Shown piece by piece: positions 1 to 9,911 of a stretch of DNA of 64,000 nt. Source of the DNA: an uncultured Chloroflexia bacterium (GTDB lineage: Bacteria; Chloroflexota; Limnocylindria; Limnocylindrales; CSP1-4). The position numbers and the translations under genes are program-made. Position 1 is the first letter of the stretch. Every line of letters begins with the position of its first letter. Under the pieces are notes generated by a model. It saw only the letters and a program-made list of their open reading frames with translations, searched no databases and had not been told where the DNA came from. The stretch spans positions 1,152,001 through 1,216,000 of the forward strand of contig CAVPPB010000003.1 in the NCBI GenBank assembly GCA_963707215.1, written 5' to 3'.

Positions 1-776
1 CGCATGTCGGTGACTTCCTCGGGTCGCTCGCCGATGAGGGCGACCATGAGGAGGATCTCCGGGTAGTTGGCCGTGATGCCGTTGGCGATGTTCTTGAGGA
101 GCATCGTCTTGCCGGCCTTCGGCGGGGAGACGATGAGCGCTCGCTGGCCCTTGCCGATCGGGTTGACCAGGTTGACCAACCGCTGGCTGAGGTTCTTGGG
201 ATCGCTCTCGAGGTTGATGAGGTCGTCCGGGTGGACCGGGGTCAGGTCGTTGAAGACCGGCCGGCGGCGGGCCGTCTCGAGGTCGACACCGTTGACCGAG
301 TCGACACGGACGAGGCCCCAGTACTTCTCGCCGTCGCGCGGCGCCCGCACGGCCCCGGTGAGCCGATCGCCGATCCGCAGCGAGTAGCGGCGCACCTGAC
401 TCGAGCTGACGTACGCATCGTCTGCGCTCGGCAGCAGGCCGTGGCGTCGCAGGAAGCCGTAGCCCTCGTCGACGATGTCGAGGATGCCGATGGCGTAGGA
501 AAGCCCGGCCCGCTCGGTCTGGCGGCGCAGGATCTGGTCGACCAGGTCGTCCTTGCCGTCAGCGCCGGCGACGTCGACCTCGAGCTCCTTGCCCACCGAC
601 CGGAGCTGGGTGACGGACATCGCCTGCAGCTCGGAGACTGCCAGGTCGTTGCGTTCGCGGGCGGCCTCGGCCTCCAGCTGCTCGTCGTGATCGGTCGACG
701 GCAGCCGGCCCTGCTGGGAACGGCGACGGGGGCGGCGACGGGAGCGCTGGTCGCGCTGCTGGTCAGGACCGGCCAT
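1..776 (-). CDS. rho: Transcription termination factor Rho (5' part; runs off the window start)
   Basis: Hand translation from ATG at 776: GILDIVDEGYGFLR (RNA-binding domain), PIGKGQRALIVSPPKAGKT (P-loop), LIGERPEEVTDM. Absent from the ORF track because no stop lies in the window. Confidence 0.96.
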   Translation of the reverse strand, partial: MAGPDQQRDQRSRRRPRRRSQQGRLPSTDHDEQLEAEAARERNDLAVSELQAMSVTQLRSVGKELEVDVAGADGKDDLVDQILRRQTERAGLSYAIGILDIVDEGYGFLRRHGLLPSADDAYVSSSQVRRYSLRIGDRLTGAVRAPRDGEKYWGLVRVDSVNGVDLETARRRPVFNDLTPVHPDDLINLESDPKNLSQRLVNLVNPIGKGQRALIVSPPKAGKTMLLKNIANGITANYPEILLMVALIGERPEEVTDM

Positions 777-953
777 GGGCTCGGATACCTACCTCGTGGG
801 GAAACGGACCGGGATGGGGCCCCACGGACGGCCGGCAGCGCGCACGGTATGCGCCGGGTCGGGCCCAAGCCGGTGGGGATGGCGGGAGCATAGAGGGAGG
901 GCAGGCCACCGTCAAGGTGGCGGGCGGGGATGGGCAGCCGTGGTCGTTCCGTG

Positions 954-1817
954 TCACGGCGCCCGGCGTCTGGGTTCGGGCGGGGACGGATGAGCCGGCG
1001 ACCGGATGGCCAGCTGGGCCGCGATCTCGGCAGCGGCCGACCGGAGCACGGGGCCCAGGGCCACCAGGACGCCGCGACCTCCGAGCCGACCGGCCGACCC
1101 GCTGATGCCGATGGCTGCGATGGCCTCGCCGGTCGCCGTGCGGACCGGGGCCGCGACCCCGGCGGTGTCCTCGAGCCAGCCCCTCACGTTGACCGCATAG
1201 CCGCGCAGGCGGACCTCGTCGAGCTGTCGGCGGAACGCGGCAGGATCGGCGATCGTGGCGTCGGTCCAGCGCTGCAGGCCGGCCTCGAGGATCGCGTCGG
1301 CGACCTCGGGGTGATAGGCGAGCAGGGCCAGCCCGACCGCAGTGGCGTGCGCCGGGACGCGCGCGCCGACGGGATGGCTGTCGGGCGCCGCCAGCGGTCC
1401 AGCGACATGGTCGAGCGCCAGGACCCCGAGCCCGTCGAGCACGACGAGATGGACGGCCTCACCGGTCCGCTGGGCGAGCCGGTCCAGCACCGGGCGAGCG
1501 GCGTCCCGGAGAAGTGGCGGCGTGGCCGACCGACCTGCAGTCAGTCGGAACAGGGCGGGGCCGCGTCGATAGCGGCGCTCGACGTCGTCCCGCCGGAGGT
1601 AGCCCTCGCGGACGAGGACCCCGAGCAGGCGATGGGTCGTGGATGGGGCCAGGTCGAGCTTGCGGGCCAGCTCGGTGACCCCGACCGAGCCGGATGCCGT
1701 CGCCATGGCATCGAGCACCCGGAGCGCCCTGGACACGGCGAGCAGGGGCGTCGCCCGCGGTACCCGCCGCCGCCAGGGAGGGCCAGGGCCCTGCTCGCGG
1801 CCGGTTCGAGTCGTCAT
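954..1817 (-). CDS. IclR family transcriptional regulator
   Basis: HTH 'VSRALRVLDAM...GVTELARKLDLAPSTTHRLL' and IclR C-terminal motifs 'HATAVGLALLA', 'GVAAPV'. Start chosen at ATG 1817, 7 nt downstream of TAAGAT. Confidence 0.92.
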   Translation of the reverse strand: MTTRTGREQGPGPPWRRRVPRATPLLAVSRALRVLDAMATASGSVGVTELARKLDLAPSTTHRLLGVLVREGYLRRDDVERRYRRGPALFRLTAGRSATPPLLRDAARPVLDRLAQRTGEAVHLVVLDGLGVLALDHVAGPLAAPDSHPVGARVPAHATAVGLALLAYHPEVADAILEAGLQRWTDATIADPAAFRRQLDEVRLRGYAVNVRGWLEDTAGVAAPVRTATGEAIAAIGISGSAGRLGGRGVLVALGPVLRSAAAEIAAQLAIRSPAHPSPPEPRRRAP

Positions 1818-1818
1818 G

Positions 1819-1846
1819 CATTCCATCTTACGGAATGTCGTTGACA
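1819..1846. promoter_or_regulatory. Putative IclR operator palindrome in the divergent promoter region
   Basis: CATTCC-N7-GGAATG at 1819-1837 covers the minus-strand -10 TAAGAT (1830-1825) and lies just before a plus-strand TTGACA (1841-1846). Confidence 0.65.
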
Positions 1847-1936
1847 CCACACCGTGGGACCGCTTCCGTGGGCGGGGGCGGGCCTGGTGGCGCCGGCTCC
1901 CGGTGGACGTATGGATGAGCGGAGCCAACGACGGTG

Positions 1937-4045
1937 ATGGAAGCGACACGCCGCTACACGATCGGCGTCGACATCGGTGGGACGTTCACCGACGTGGTCG
2001 CCCTTGCCGGCGACGGGACCGCCAGCGTCGGAAAGGCGCCGACGACGCCGCCGGAGTTCGCGGTCGGGGTCCTCGACGCCCTCCGGGCCGTGGCCGAGGA
2101 CCTGGGCTTCGACCTCGAGGGCCTGCTCGCGGTCACCGACCTCGTCAAGCACGGCTCGACGGTCGCGACCAACGCCCTGTTGACCCGCAGCGGCGTCCGG
2201 GCCGGCCTCATCACCACCCGCGGCTTCGAGGACACGCCGCTGATCATGCGGGCGGTCGGGCGGGTGGACGGCCTTCCCGACGAGGAGGTCCGCCGGATCA
2301 CCACCGTGACCAAGCCGGAACCACTGGTCCCGCCGGAGCTGATCCGTGGGGTCCGCGAGCGGATCGACGTCGACGGAGCCGTGGTCGTCCCACTGGACGA
2401 GGAAGACGTCCACGAGGCGCTCGACGAGCTCGTCGATGGACTCGGTGTCGAGGCCCTCGCGGTGAGCCTCCTTCACGCCTGGCGCGACCCCTCCCATGAG
2501 CGCCGGATCCGGGCGCTCGTGGCCGGGCGCTATCCGGCCGACCGGGTCTTCGTCAGCCTCGGCAGCGACCTGAGCCAGGTCGCGGGGGAGTACGCCCGAA
2601 CCAACACGGCCATCGCCGACGCGTTCGTCGGTCCGACGGTCCGTCGCTACCTCGATGGGCTCGACGCTCGCCTCCGTGCGGCCGGCTTCCGTGGTCGGGT
2701 CCTCGCGATGCAGGGAAACGGCGGGCTCACCACCCACGACCGGGTGGCCCCGATCTCGACGCTCCAATCCGGGCCGGCCGGCGGGATGCTCGCTTCGGCC
2801 GACATGTCCGAGCGCCTCGAACACGTCCGGGCGATCACCGCCGACATGGGCGGTACCAGCTTCGACGTGGGGGTGATCGACGGCGGCTACTGGCGCTACG
2901 CGGACGAGCCGATCTTCGAGCGCTTCCGGATCCTCCAGCCGATCACCGACATCACCTCCATCGGCGCCGGGGGCGGCACCATCGCCCGGATCGACGCGGC
3001 AACGCAGCGGCTGATGGTCGGACCGGCATCCGCGGGCGCTGCACCGGGCCCGGTCGCCTACGGCCTTGGCGGGACCGAGCCGACGGTCACCGACGCAGAC
3101 CTGGTCCTGGGCTACCTCGACCCGGACTTCTTCCTGGGCGGCCGTCGGCATCTGGATCTCGAGGCAGCCCGAGCGGCCATCGACGAGCGGATCGCCCGGC
3201 CGCTGGGAATCGATCCGGTCGAGGCGGCTGCCGGGATCGCCCGGATCGTCGACAGCAAGATGTCCGACCTGATCCGTCGCGAGGTGGTCCGGAGCGGCCG
3301 GCACCCCGAGGATTTCGTCCTCTACGCCTTCGGCGGCGCCAGCCCGGTCCACGCGGTCGGCTATGCCCGCGACCTCGGAGTGCGAGAGATCGTCGTCTTC
3401 CCGACCTCGTCCGTCTTCTCAGCCTTCGGTGTGGCGTCGGCCGACGTCGTCCACACGCGTCTGGCGACCCGGACGATCCCCCTGCCGGCCGACCCTGCCG
3501 TCCTGAACGCGGATCTGGAGACCCTGGAGGCCGAGCTGCTGGCGGAGGTCGACCGGTCCGTGCTGACCGCCGAGCCGGTCTTCCGTCGCTACCTGACCCT
3601 GCGCTTCCGGCGCCAGACGACCGGCGAGGAGATCGCCCTGCCCTGGGACCGCTTCGACGAGGCCCGGATGACCGACCTCGAGCGCCGGTTCGTGGAGCAC
3701 TACGAGACCCTCTACGGCCGGGGCGTCGCATACCCCGAGGCCGGTCTCGACATCGCCCGGCTGCGGGTCGACCTGGTGGGACCGGTCGCCAAGCCGGAGC
3801 TGCGCGCCGACGCCGCCGAGGGCAGCGATCCCGGGGCGCTCGCCGAAGCCGCCCGCAAGGGCCGCCGCTCGGCCTGGTTCGACGGCAGACGCCTCGAGAC
3901 CACGGTCTATGACGAGGGCCGCCTCGAGCCCGGCGCGGCCGTGGCCGGCCCGGTCATCGTCGAATCGCCGTTCACGACCGTCGTCGTTCCGCCCGGGGCC
4001 TCGCTCCGCGTCGACCGCTTCCGCAACCTGGTGCTCCGCCCATGA
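1937..4045 (+). CDS. Hydantoinase A/oxoprolinase family ATP-binding subunit (acetone carboxylase beta-like)
   Basis: GVDIGGTFTD, HGSTVATNA, SGPAGG, DMGGTSFDV, SIGAGGG, SAGAAPGP and PTVTDADLVLG motifs. Confidence 0.93.
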   Translation: MEATRRYTIGVDIGGTFTDVVALAGDGTASVGKAPTTPPEFAVGVLDALRAVAEDLGFDLEGLLAVTDLVKHGSTVATNALLTRSGVRAGLITTRGFEDTPLIMRAVGRVDGLPDEEVRRITTVTKPEPLVPPELIRGVRERIDVDGAVVVPLDEEDVHEALDELVDGLGVEALAVSLLHAWRDPSHERRIRALVAGRYPADRVFVSLGSDLSQVAGEYARTNTAIADAFVGPTVRRYLDGLDARLRAAGFRGRVLAMQGNGGLTTHDRVAPISTLQSGPAGGMLASADMSERLEHVRAITADMGGTSFDVGVIDGGYWRYADEPIFERFRILQPITDITSIGAGGGTIARIDAATQRLMVGPASAGAAPGPVAYGLGGTEPTVTDADLVLGYLDPDFFLGGRRHLDLEAARAAIDERIARPLGIDPVEAAAGIARIVDSKMSDLIRREVVRSGRHPEDFVLYAFGGASPVHAVGYARDLGVREIVVFPTSSVFSAFGVASADVVHTRLATRTIPLPADPAVLNADLETLEAELLAEVDRSVLTAEPVFRRYLTLRFRRQTTGEEIALPWDRFDEARMTDLERRFVEHYETLYGRGVAYPEAGLDIARLRVDLVGPVAKPELRADAAEGSDPGALAEAARKGRRSAWFDGRRLETTVYDEGRLEPGAAVAGPVIVESPFTTVVVPPGASLRVDRFRNLVLRP

Positions 4046-6282
4046 CCGCCATCGACGAGCCGCGTCTCGACCCGATCGACTTCGAGATCTTCGCCCATCG
4101 GCTGTGGGCGGTCGGCGAGGAGGGTCGGATCGCCCTCCAGCGAGTCACCGCCTCGCCGATCGTCGCCCAGGGCGGTGAGTGCATGTGCTCGTTCTACGAT
4201 GCCGACGGGACCATGATCCTGGCCTGCTCGGGGCACCTTCGGTTCGCTGCCGCGACATCGGACGCCATCCGGCGGATGATCGAGTGGTTCGAGGAAGACC
4301 CCGGGATCCACGAGGGCGACGAGTTCATCTTCAACGACCCCTACGTGGCCGGATCGCACACCTACGACATCATGCAGATCGCGCCCGTGTTCTGGCAGGG
4401 CAGACGCGTGGCCTGGGTCGCCTCGAGCAGTCACACGGCGGACACCGGCGGCGTGCTGCGAGGTGCCGCCACCGAGATCTTCCACGAGGGGATCCGATTG
4501 CTTGGCCTCAAGATCGTCGACGGCGGCGTCTTCCGCCAGGACGTCTTCAAGACGATCGTCGAGCAGTGCCGCGACCCGCACTACGTGGGCCTCGACCTCA
4601 AGAGCCGGACGGCCGCCAACACGGTCTGCTCCCGCGGGCTGGCGGCGCTGATCGAACGGTTCGGCATCGACTTCGTCGAGGCAGCCGGCCAGAAGCTGAT
4701 CAGCGACGCCGAGGCGATGGCCCGGGAGCGTCTCCGCTCGATCCCCGACGGGACCTGGCGGAGCCGGATCTACGGCTCGGCCCGGGAACCGGTGACCCGA
4801 GAGGCACTCCCCTACCAGGTCGTCGTGGCGGCCCGCAAGGAGGGCGACGAGCTGACCCTGGACTTCAGCGGCTCGTCGCCCCAGCTGGCCAGCGACCAGA
4901 ACTCGACGCGGCCGTCGACCATGGCCCACGTCGCCATCGCCCTGACCAACCAGCTGTTCTGGGATGTCCCCTGGAGTGACGGTCGTCTGGCGCCGGTCAG
5001 GGTCGTGGTGCCGGAAGGCTCGGCTCTCAACTGCCGGTTCCCGGCGGCCTGCGGCCGCTCGCCGCGGATCGGCCAGTACGTCGTCGAGGCGGTCCGCGAT
5101 TGCCTGGCCAAGATGCTCTACGCCTCGGGCGTCAGGACCGGGATCAACGCGTCGTGGGGGGCGTTCTGGTACCTCGGCGGTCCCGGCTTCTTCTACGGGG
5201 GCCACGACCGACGGGGCCTGCCCGTTCCCCAGGGGCTCTACGACATCCACGGGGGCGGGCTGGGCGCCGCTCCCGACCGGGACGGTGTCCCGACCGGTGG
5301 CCAGACCAACATCCCGTCCGGCGGGATCAGCGACGTCGAGCGGATCGAGCTCCAGTACCCGTTCCTCTACTTCGCCCGCAACCACCTGACCGACGGCGGT
5401 GGCGCCGGCCGCTGGAACGGCGGCACCGGCAGCAGCCGCCTGGTGATGGTCCACGGCTCGCAGGACCTGAGCGTCGACTTCGCGCCGTACGCCGGCTGGC
5501 CCCATGGAGCCGCGGGGCTGTTCGGCGGCTACCCGGTCGGGACCGGCGGGACGCGAGCCATCCTCGAGCCGCCGCCGGGGCTCGAGGAGCGGCTGATCGG
5601 GGGCGACTACCCATCGACCGTGGATGAGGCCCTGGCGGCCGGGGCGACGGTCGTGCCGACCGGGGGCGCCGGGCGACAGCCGGTCCCGGAGGGGCGCCTG
5701 GTCGCCGATTTCACCCAGGGTGGCGGGGGATTCGGCGACCCCCTCGAGCGCCCGCCGGGATCGGTGGCCGACGACGTCGCCCGCCACGCCGTCAGCCGCC
5801 GTAGCGCCGCCCTCGTCTACGGGGTCGCCCTGGCCGACGATGGGGCCGTCGACCTGGCGGCGACCGATCGTCGCCGTGCCGAGATCCGCGCCGAACGCCT
5901 TGGCGGCGAGCGACGATCGACCTCCACCGTGGCGAGCGCCTCGCCCGTGGACACCACGGCCGGTGCGTGGACGACGCTGGTCCGCTTCCACGCGATGCTC
6001 GAGGTGGCCCGCTCGGCTCACGGTCCCGCAGTCATCCGCTGCGTCGGCTGCGGCACGGTCCTCTGCGCCGCCGACGAGCCCTACAAGCTCCACTGTGTGC
6101 GCCGCGACCGGGACCTCGCCGAGCTGGCCGGTCGATCGATGCCGGACGACCGGCCGTACCAGGCCGTCCTGCGCGAGTACGCCTGCCCCGGATGTGCGAC
6201 GCTGCTCGCCGTGGACCCGTGGCTGGCAGCCCTCGGCGGCGAGGAGGACCTCTGCGACATCCAGGTGACGGTCCCGCGATGA
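4042..6282 (+). CDS. Hydantoinase B/acetone carboxylase alpha-like subunit fused to a C-terminal gamma-like zinc-binding domain
   Basis: NDPYVAGSHTYD, HTADTGG, EIFHEG and GGGGFGDPLER motifs; C-terminal CVGC...REYACPGC. ATGA overlap with the upstream gene. Confidence 0.88.
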   Translation: MTAIDEPRLDPIDFEIFAHRLWAVGEEGRIALQRVTASPIVAQGGECMCSFYDADGTMILACSGHLRFAAATSDAIRRMIEWFEEDPGIHEGDEFIFNDPYVAGSHTYDIMQIAPVFWQGRRVAWVASSSHTADTGGVLRGAATEIFHEGIRLLGLKIVDGGVFRQDVFKTIVEQCRDPHYVGLDLKSRTAANTVCSRGLAALIERFGIDFVEAAGQKLISDAEAMARERLRSIPDGTWRSRIYGSAREPVTREALPYQVVVAARKEGDELTLDFSGSSPQLASDQNSTRPSTMAHVAIALTNQLFWDVPWSDGRLAPVRVVVPEGSALNCRFPAACGRSPRIGQYVVEAVRDCLAKMLYASGVRTGINASWGAFWYLGGPGFFYGGHDRRGLPVPQGLYDIHGGGLGAAPDRDGVPTGGQTNIPSGGISDVERIELQYPFLYFARNHLTDGGGAGRWNGGTGSSRLVMVHGSQDLSVDFAPYAGWPHGAAGLFGGYPVGTGGTRAILEPPPGLEERLIGGDYPSTVDEALAAGATVVPTGGAGRQPVPEGRLVADFTQGGGGFGDPLERPPGSVADDVARHAVSRRSAALVYGVALADDGAVDLAATDRRRAEIRAERLGGERRSTSTVASASPVDTTAGAWTTLVRFHAMLEVARSAHGPAVIRCVGCGTVLCAADEPYKLHCVRRDRDLAELAGRSMPDDRPYQAVLREYACPGCATLLAVDPWLAALGGEEDLCDIQVTVPR

Positions 6283-7472
6283 ACGGCCGGGCGGGGATGC
6301 CACCGCTGGCGGGCATCCGGGTCGTCGAGCTGGCCAACTACGTCACCGGACCCTACGCCGCCGCCCTGCTGGCCGACATGGGCGCCTCGGTCGTCAAGGT
6401 CGAGGAGCCGCATCGCGGCGACCCCTTCCGGGGCTGGGGCCGCGGGGGCTACAGCCCGACCTTCAGGTCGGTCAACCGGGGCAAGCGCAGCGTCGGCCTC
6501 GACGTCCGCTCACCGGATGGCCGAGGGATCCTGCTGGACCTGATCGGCCGAGCCGACGTGTTCATCGAGAACCTCCGACCCGGCGCGGTCGATCGGCTCG
6601 GTGCCGGCTGGTCGATCCTCCATGACCGCGATCCCCGGCTGGTCATGTGCTCGATCTCCGGCTTCGGCTCGAGCGGTCCGTACCGCGACCGGCCCGGCTA
6701 CGACACCGTGGGCCAGGCGATGAGCGGCTTGCTCGGCCTGCTGACCGACTTCGAACGGCCCGAGCCGATGGGCATCTCGCTGTCCGACCACGTCACGGGC
6801 CTGTACGCGGCGGTCGGTATCCTGACCGCCCTCGTCGGGCGCGCGGCCACCGGCCTGGGCCGTCGGGTCGAGACCTCGCTGCTCCAGGCCACGACGGCCT
6901 TCGTGGCCGAGAACGCGGCCCGCTACTTCGACGACGACAACGTCCCCACTCGGGCCACCCGGGCCCACATCGCCCAGGCGTACGCCTTCACTGCTGCCGA
7001 CGGGGCACCGTTCGTGGTCCATCTCTCGTCGCCGCCCAAGTTCTGGGAGGGGCTCACGGCGACGGTCGGGCGGCCGGATCTCCGGGAGGACCCGCGGTTC
7101 GTGGACCGGGCCGCCCGGGTGGAGCACTACGACGAGCTCCAGGCCATCCTCTCGGAGCGGTTCGCCACGGCCGACCGAGCCACCTGGCTCGCCCGCCTCG
7201 ACGCCAACGACGTGCCGGCCGGACCGATCAACCGGTTCGACGAGGTCTTCGCCGATCCCGGCATCGAGACCCTGGGGCTGGTCCATGAGCTCGAGCATCC
7301 GGTCGCCGGGCCGATGCGCCTGCTGGGGGCAGCCTTCTCCATCGAGGGCCACGATGACCACGCCATCACGCCGCCGCCACTGCTCGGCGAGCATACGGAC
7401 GACGTGCTCCGGGAGCTCGGCCTCGACGAGACGTCGATCGGTCGGCTCCGCGAACAGGAGGTGATCCGCTGA
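6279..7472 (+). CDS. CaiB/BaiF family (class III) CoA-transferase
   Basis: PLAGIRVVELANYVTGP, NRGKRS, DVFIENLRPG, SGFGSSGPYRDRPGYD, PPLLGEHT. ATG 6279 overlaps the upstream TGA. Confidence 0.93.
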   Translation: MNGRAGMPPLAGIRVVELANYVTGPYAAALLADMGASVVKVEEPHRGDPFRGWGRGGYSPTFRSVNRGKRSVGLDVRSPDGRGILLDLIGRADVFIENLRPGAVDRLGAGWSILHDRDPRLVMCSISGFGSSGPYRDRPGYDTVGQAMSGLLGLLTDFERPEPMGISLSDHVTGLYAAVGILTALVGRAATGLGRRVETSLLQATTAFVAENAARYFDDDNVPTRATRAHIAQAYAFTAADGAPFVVHLSSPPKFWEGLTATVGRPDLREDPRFVDRAARVEHYDELQAILSERFATADRATWLARLDANDVPAGPINRFDEVFADPGIETLGLVHELEHPVAGPMRLLGAAFSIEGHDDHAITPPPLLGEHTDDVLRELGLDETSIGRLREQEVIR

Positions 7473-8299
7473 TGGCCGACGGACTGCGTCGCCCGTCGAC
7501 AGAGGGCGAGCCACCGATGCGGACCCATCTCGGCAAGGCCGAGCTCGACCGGGTCCTGGTCCGCGGCGTCGACCTCACCGGCGAGCTGCTGGGTCGGACC
7601 ACGTACACCGAGATGCTGGGGATCGTCCTCCTCGGCCGCCGACCGGCCCCGGAGGAGACGAGGATGCTCGACGCCCTGCTGGTCGTCCTCGTGGAGCACG
7701 GGCTGGTCAAGCCGGTGGTGACGGCCCGGTTCGTCTACTCGAATGCCCCGGAATCGCTCCAGGCCGCGGTGGCGGCCTCGATCCTGGGCGCTGGCAGCCG
7801 GCACCTGGGCTCATCGGAATGGTGCGCCGAGGTCCTCCAGACGGCGATGCCCCGCGACGTCGCCGCGCCGCTCGAGGGGCCGCCACCAGGCCCGGAGGTC
7901 ATCGAAGCCCTCGCGGCGGCCATCGTCGAGGATCACGCGAGCCGGCAGGCCCGGGTGCCCGGGATCGGTCACCGGACCCACGCCGAGGGCGACCCGCGGG
8001 CCGTGCGGCTGTTCGAGATCGCCGGGGAGACCGGGACCTACGGCCCCTATTGCCGGCTGCTGGACCGGGTCGCCGAGCTCGCCGGACAGCGGGCCGGCCG
8101 TCCCCTGCCGGTCAACGTCACCGGCGCCATCGCGGCGATCGCCAGCGACATGGGCTTCCGCTGGGAGATCACCCGTGGGTTCGCCCTGATCGGGCGCGTC
8201 CTTGGGGCCCTGGGCCACATCCAGGAGGAGATGGACGAGCCCATCGCCGATCGGCTCATCCGCCAGATCCAGCGCTCGGTGGAGTACGACCCCGAGTAA
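7472..8299 (+). CDS. Citryl-CoA lyase-like protein (citrate synthase fold)
   Basis: VRGVDLTGELLG, EHG, PESLQAAVAA, HLG, VPGIGHRTH, DPR, PVNVTGAIAA. Alternative start at ATG 7517. Confidence 0.85.
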   Translation: MADGLRRPSTEGEPPMRTHLGKAELDRVLVRGVDLTGELLGRTTYTEMLGIVLLGRRPAPEETRMLDALLVVLVEHGLVKPVVTARFVYSNAPESLQAAVAASILGAGSRHLGSSEWCAEVLQTAMPRDVAAPLEGPPPGPEVIEALAAAIVEDHASRQARVPGIGHRTHAEGDPRAVRLFEIAGETGTYGPYCRLLDRVAELAGQRAGRPLPVNVTGAIAAIASDMGFRWEITRGFALIGRVLGALGHIQEEMDEPIADRLIRQIQRSVEYDPE

Positions 8300-8356
8300 C
8301 CCGGCGGATCTGCCGACCGCTGACCGGTCGTGGGCCCGCGGCCAGCCCCGGACCGC

Positions 8357-9034
8357 TCAGCCGTCCAGGATGCGGCCGGCTACCGCCGCGAACAGGTCGG
8401 CTGGTATGGCTGCCAGCCCGCTGGCGTCGGCCACCACGACGTCGCCCGGAAGCACCTGGACCCCGCCGATCTCGACCGGTCCATTGATCTCGACGGCCTC
8501 GATCCTGCCCCGACCGGTCAGCGGGGTCCGCAGACGAGCCCACGTCGGCAGACCGCTGGCGTCGATCTCGTCGAGGTCCCGTATGGCGCCGTCGACGATG
8601 CAGCCGGCCAGGCCCGCAGCGACCGCCGCGGCGGCGGCCCGACCTCCCAGCGCCGAACCCGTGGAGCCCGCCGGGCAGGCGATCACGGCGACGTCGCCGG
8701 CCGAGGCAGACCCGAACAGGGTCAGGTGGGCCAGCCGGCCGACTCCCGTTCCAGGCCGTCGGGTCGGCAGGTAGCGGAGCGTTACGGCCCGGCCGATCGC
8801 CACGTCGGCCGGCCGGAGCGGGCTCAGCTGGCCAGCCGGGACCGTGGTCCGCACCCCCAGTCGGTCGAGCTCGTCGGCGACCGCCGAGGACAGCCCCGAC
8901 ACCGCCCGGAGCGAGGCCACCAGGCCAGGGTCGGGCGGAGCGACATCGATCTGCGCCATCCGAGGCGGGACGTAGGCGCCGATCGGGCCTGTCGGCTCGG
9001 AGGGGACGGTGGTGGTCGGATCGGACACGGGCAT
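8357..9034 (-). CDS. RraA/HMG-aldolase family protein
   Basis: GRAVTLRY, GCIVDGAIRDLDEI, INGPVEIGGVQVLPGDVVVADASG; start couples to the upstream hydrolase stop. Confidence 0.85.
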   Translation of the reverse strand: MPVSDPTTTVPSEPTGPIGAYVPPRMAQIDVAPPDPGLVASLRAVSGLSSAVADELDRLGVRTTVPAGQLSPLRPADVAIGRAVTLRYLPTRRPGTGVGRLAHLTLFGSASAGDVAVIACPAGSTGSALGGRAAAAAVAAGLAGCIVDGAIRDLDEIDASGLPTWARLRTPLTGRGRIEAVEINGPVEIGGVQVLPGDVVVADASGLAAIPADLFAAVAGRILDG

Positions 9035-9864
9035 CACTCCTTCGGCAGGCGATCGAGATGGTCGAGCAGGATCGACGTCAGCGGCCCGGGCGCCTCGACG
9101 GGCACGAGATGGCTGACGCCCGGGAGGAGCTCCAGCCGGAGTCGCGGCACGGACGCTCGGTAGAGTGCCGCGGCGCGGGCCGGATCGGCCGGGTCGTCGA
9201 GCCCACCCACGAAGAGCACCGGCATCGTCAGCTCGGCGAGACGGGCCTGGCAGTCGCGATCCGCATTGGCCCGGCTGGCCCTGGAGAAGGCCACCGGATC
9301 GGTCGCCAGGACGGTGCGGGTCGTCGCCCGGATCTCGTCGGGGTGGCTCTCCGCGAAGGCCGGCGTGAACCAGCGCGGCACGGTCTCGTCGACGACCGCA
9401 GCCATCCCGTCCCGCTCTGCCCGCGCCGCCCGCTCGAGGAATCGTCGCCGGGTCGCCCCCGGGAAGGACGGCGAGGTGGATACGAGGACCAGTGCCCTGA
9501 GCCGGCCCGGATCGGCCAGGGCGACGTACTGGGCGATGCCGCCGCCCATCGACAGCCCAGCCAGGACGGGTCGCGGAGCACCCCCCGACGCCGCTAGCTG
9601 GTCGAGCAGGCCGCCGACGCGACCCGCGAACCAACCGATGTCCGCCCCTTCCGGGATCGGTCCGGAGCGGCCGTGTCCCGGGAGGTCGACGGCGGCGACT
9701 TCGAAGCGTGGCGCCAGGAGCGGCACGACGTGACGCCACAACCGATGGTCGTCGGCAAGCCCGTGGAGCAGCACCAGCCGGGGACCACGGCCCGCCTCGA
9801 CCACGTGGAACTCGACATCGTCGACGACGAGCGACCGGGAGACCGCTGGGGGAGCGGCGGTCAT
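9034..9864 (-). CDS. Alpha/beta hydrolase (3-oxoadipate enol-lactonase-like)
   Basis: LLHGL, DLPGHGRS, nucleophile GLSMGG, RWFTPAF, C-terminal His (SHL). Confidence 0.88.
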   Translation of the reverse strand: MTAAPPAVSRSLVVDDVEFHVVEAGRGPRLVLLHGLADDHRLWRHVVPLLAPRFEVAAVDLPGHGRSGPIPEGADIGWFAGRVGGLLDQLAASGGAPRPVLAGLSMGGGIAQYVALADPGRLRALVLVSTSPSFPGATRRRFLERAARAERDGMAAVVDETVPRWFTPAFAESHPDEIRATTRTVLATDPVAFSRASRANADRDCQARLAELTMPVLFVGGLDDPADPARAAALYRASVPRLRLELLPGVSHLVPVEAPGPLTSILLDHLDRLPKE

Positions 9865-9911
9865 GACGTCCGGGCCCGCCTGGCCAAGCGCTCGGCGCGC
9901 AGCTCGGGCCC

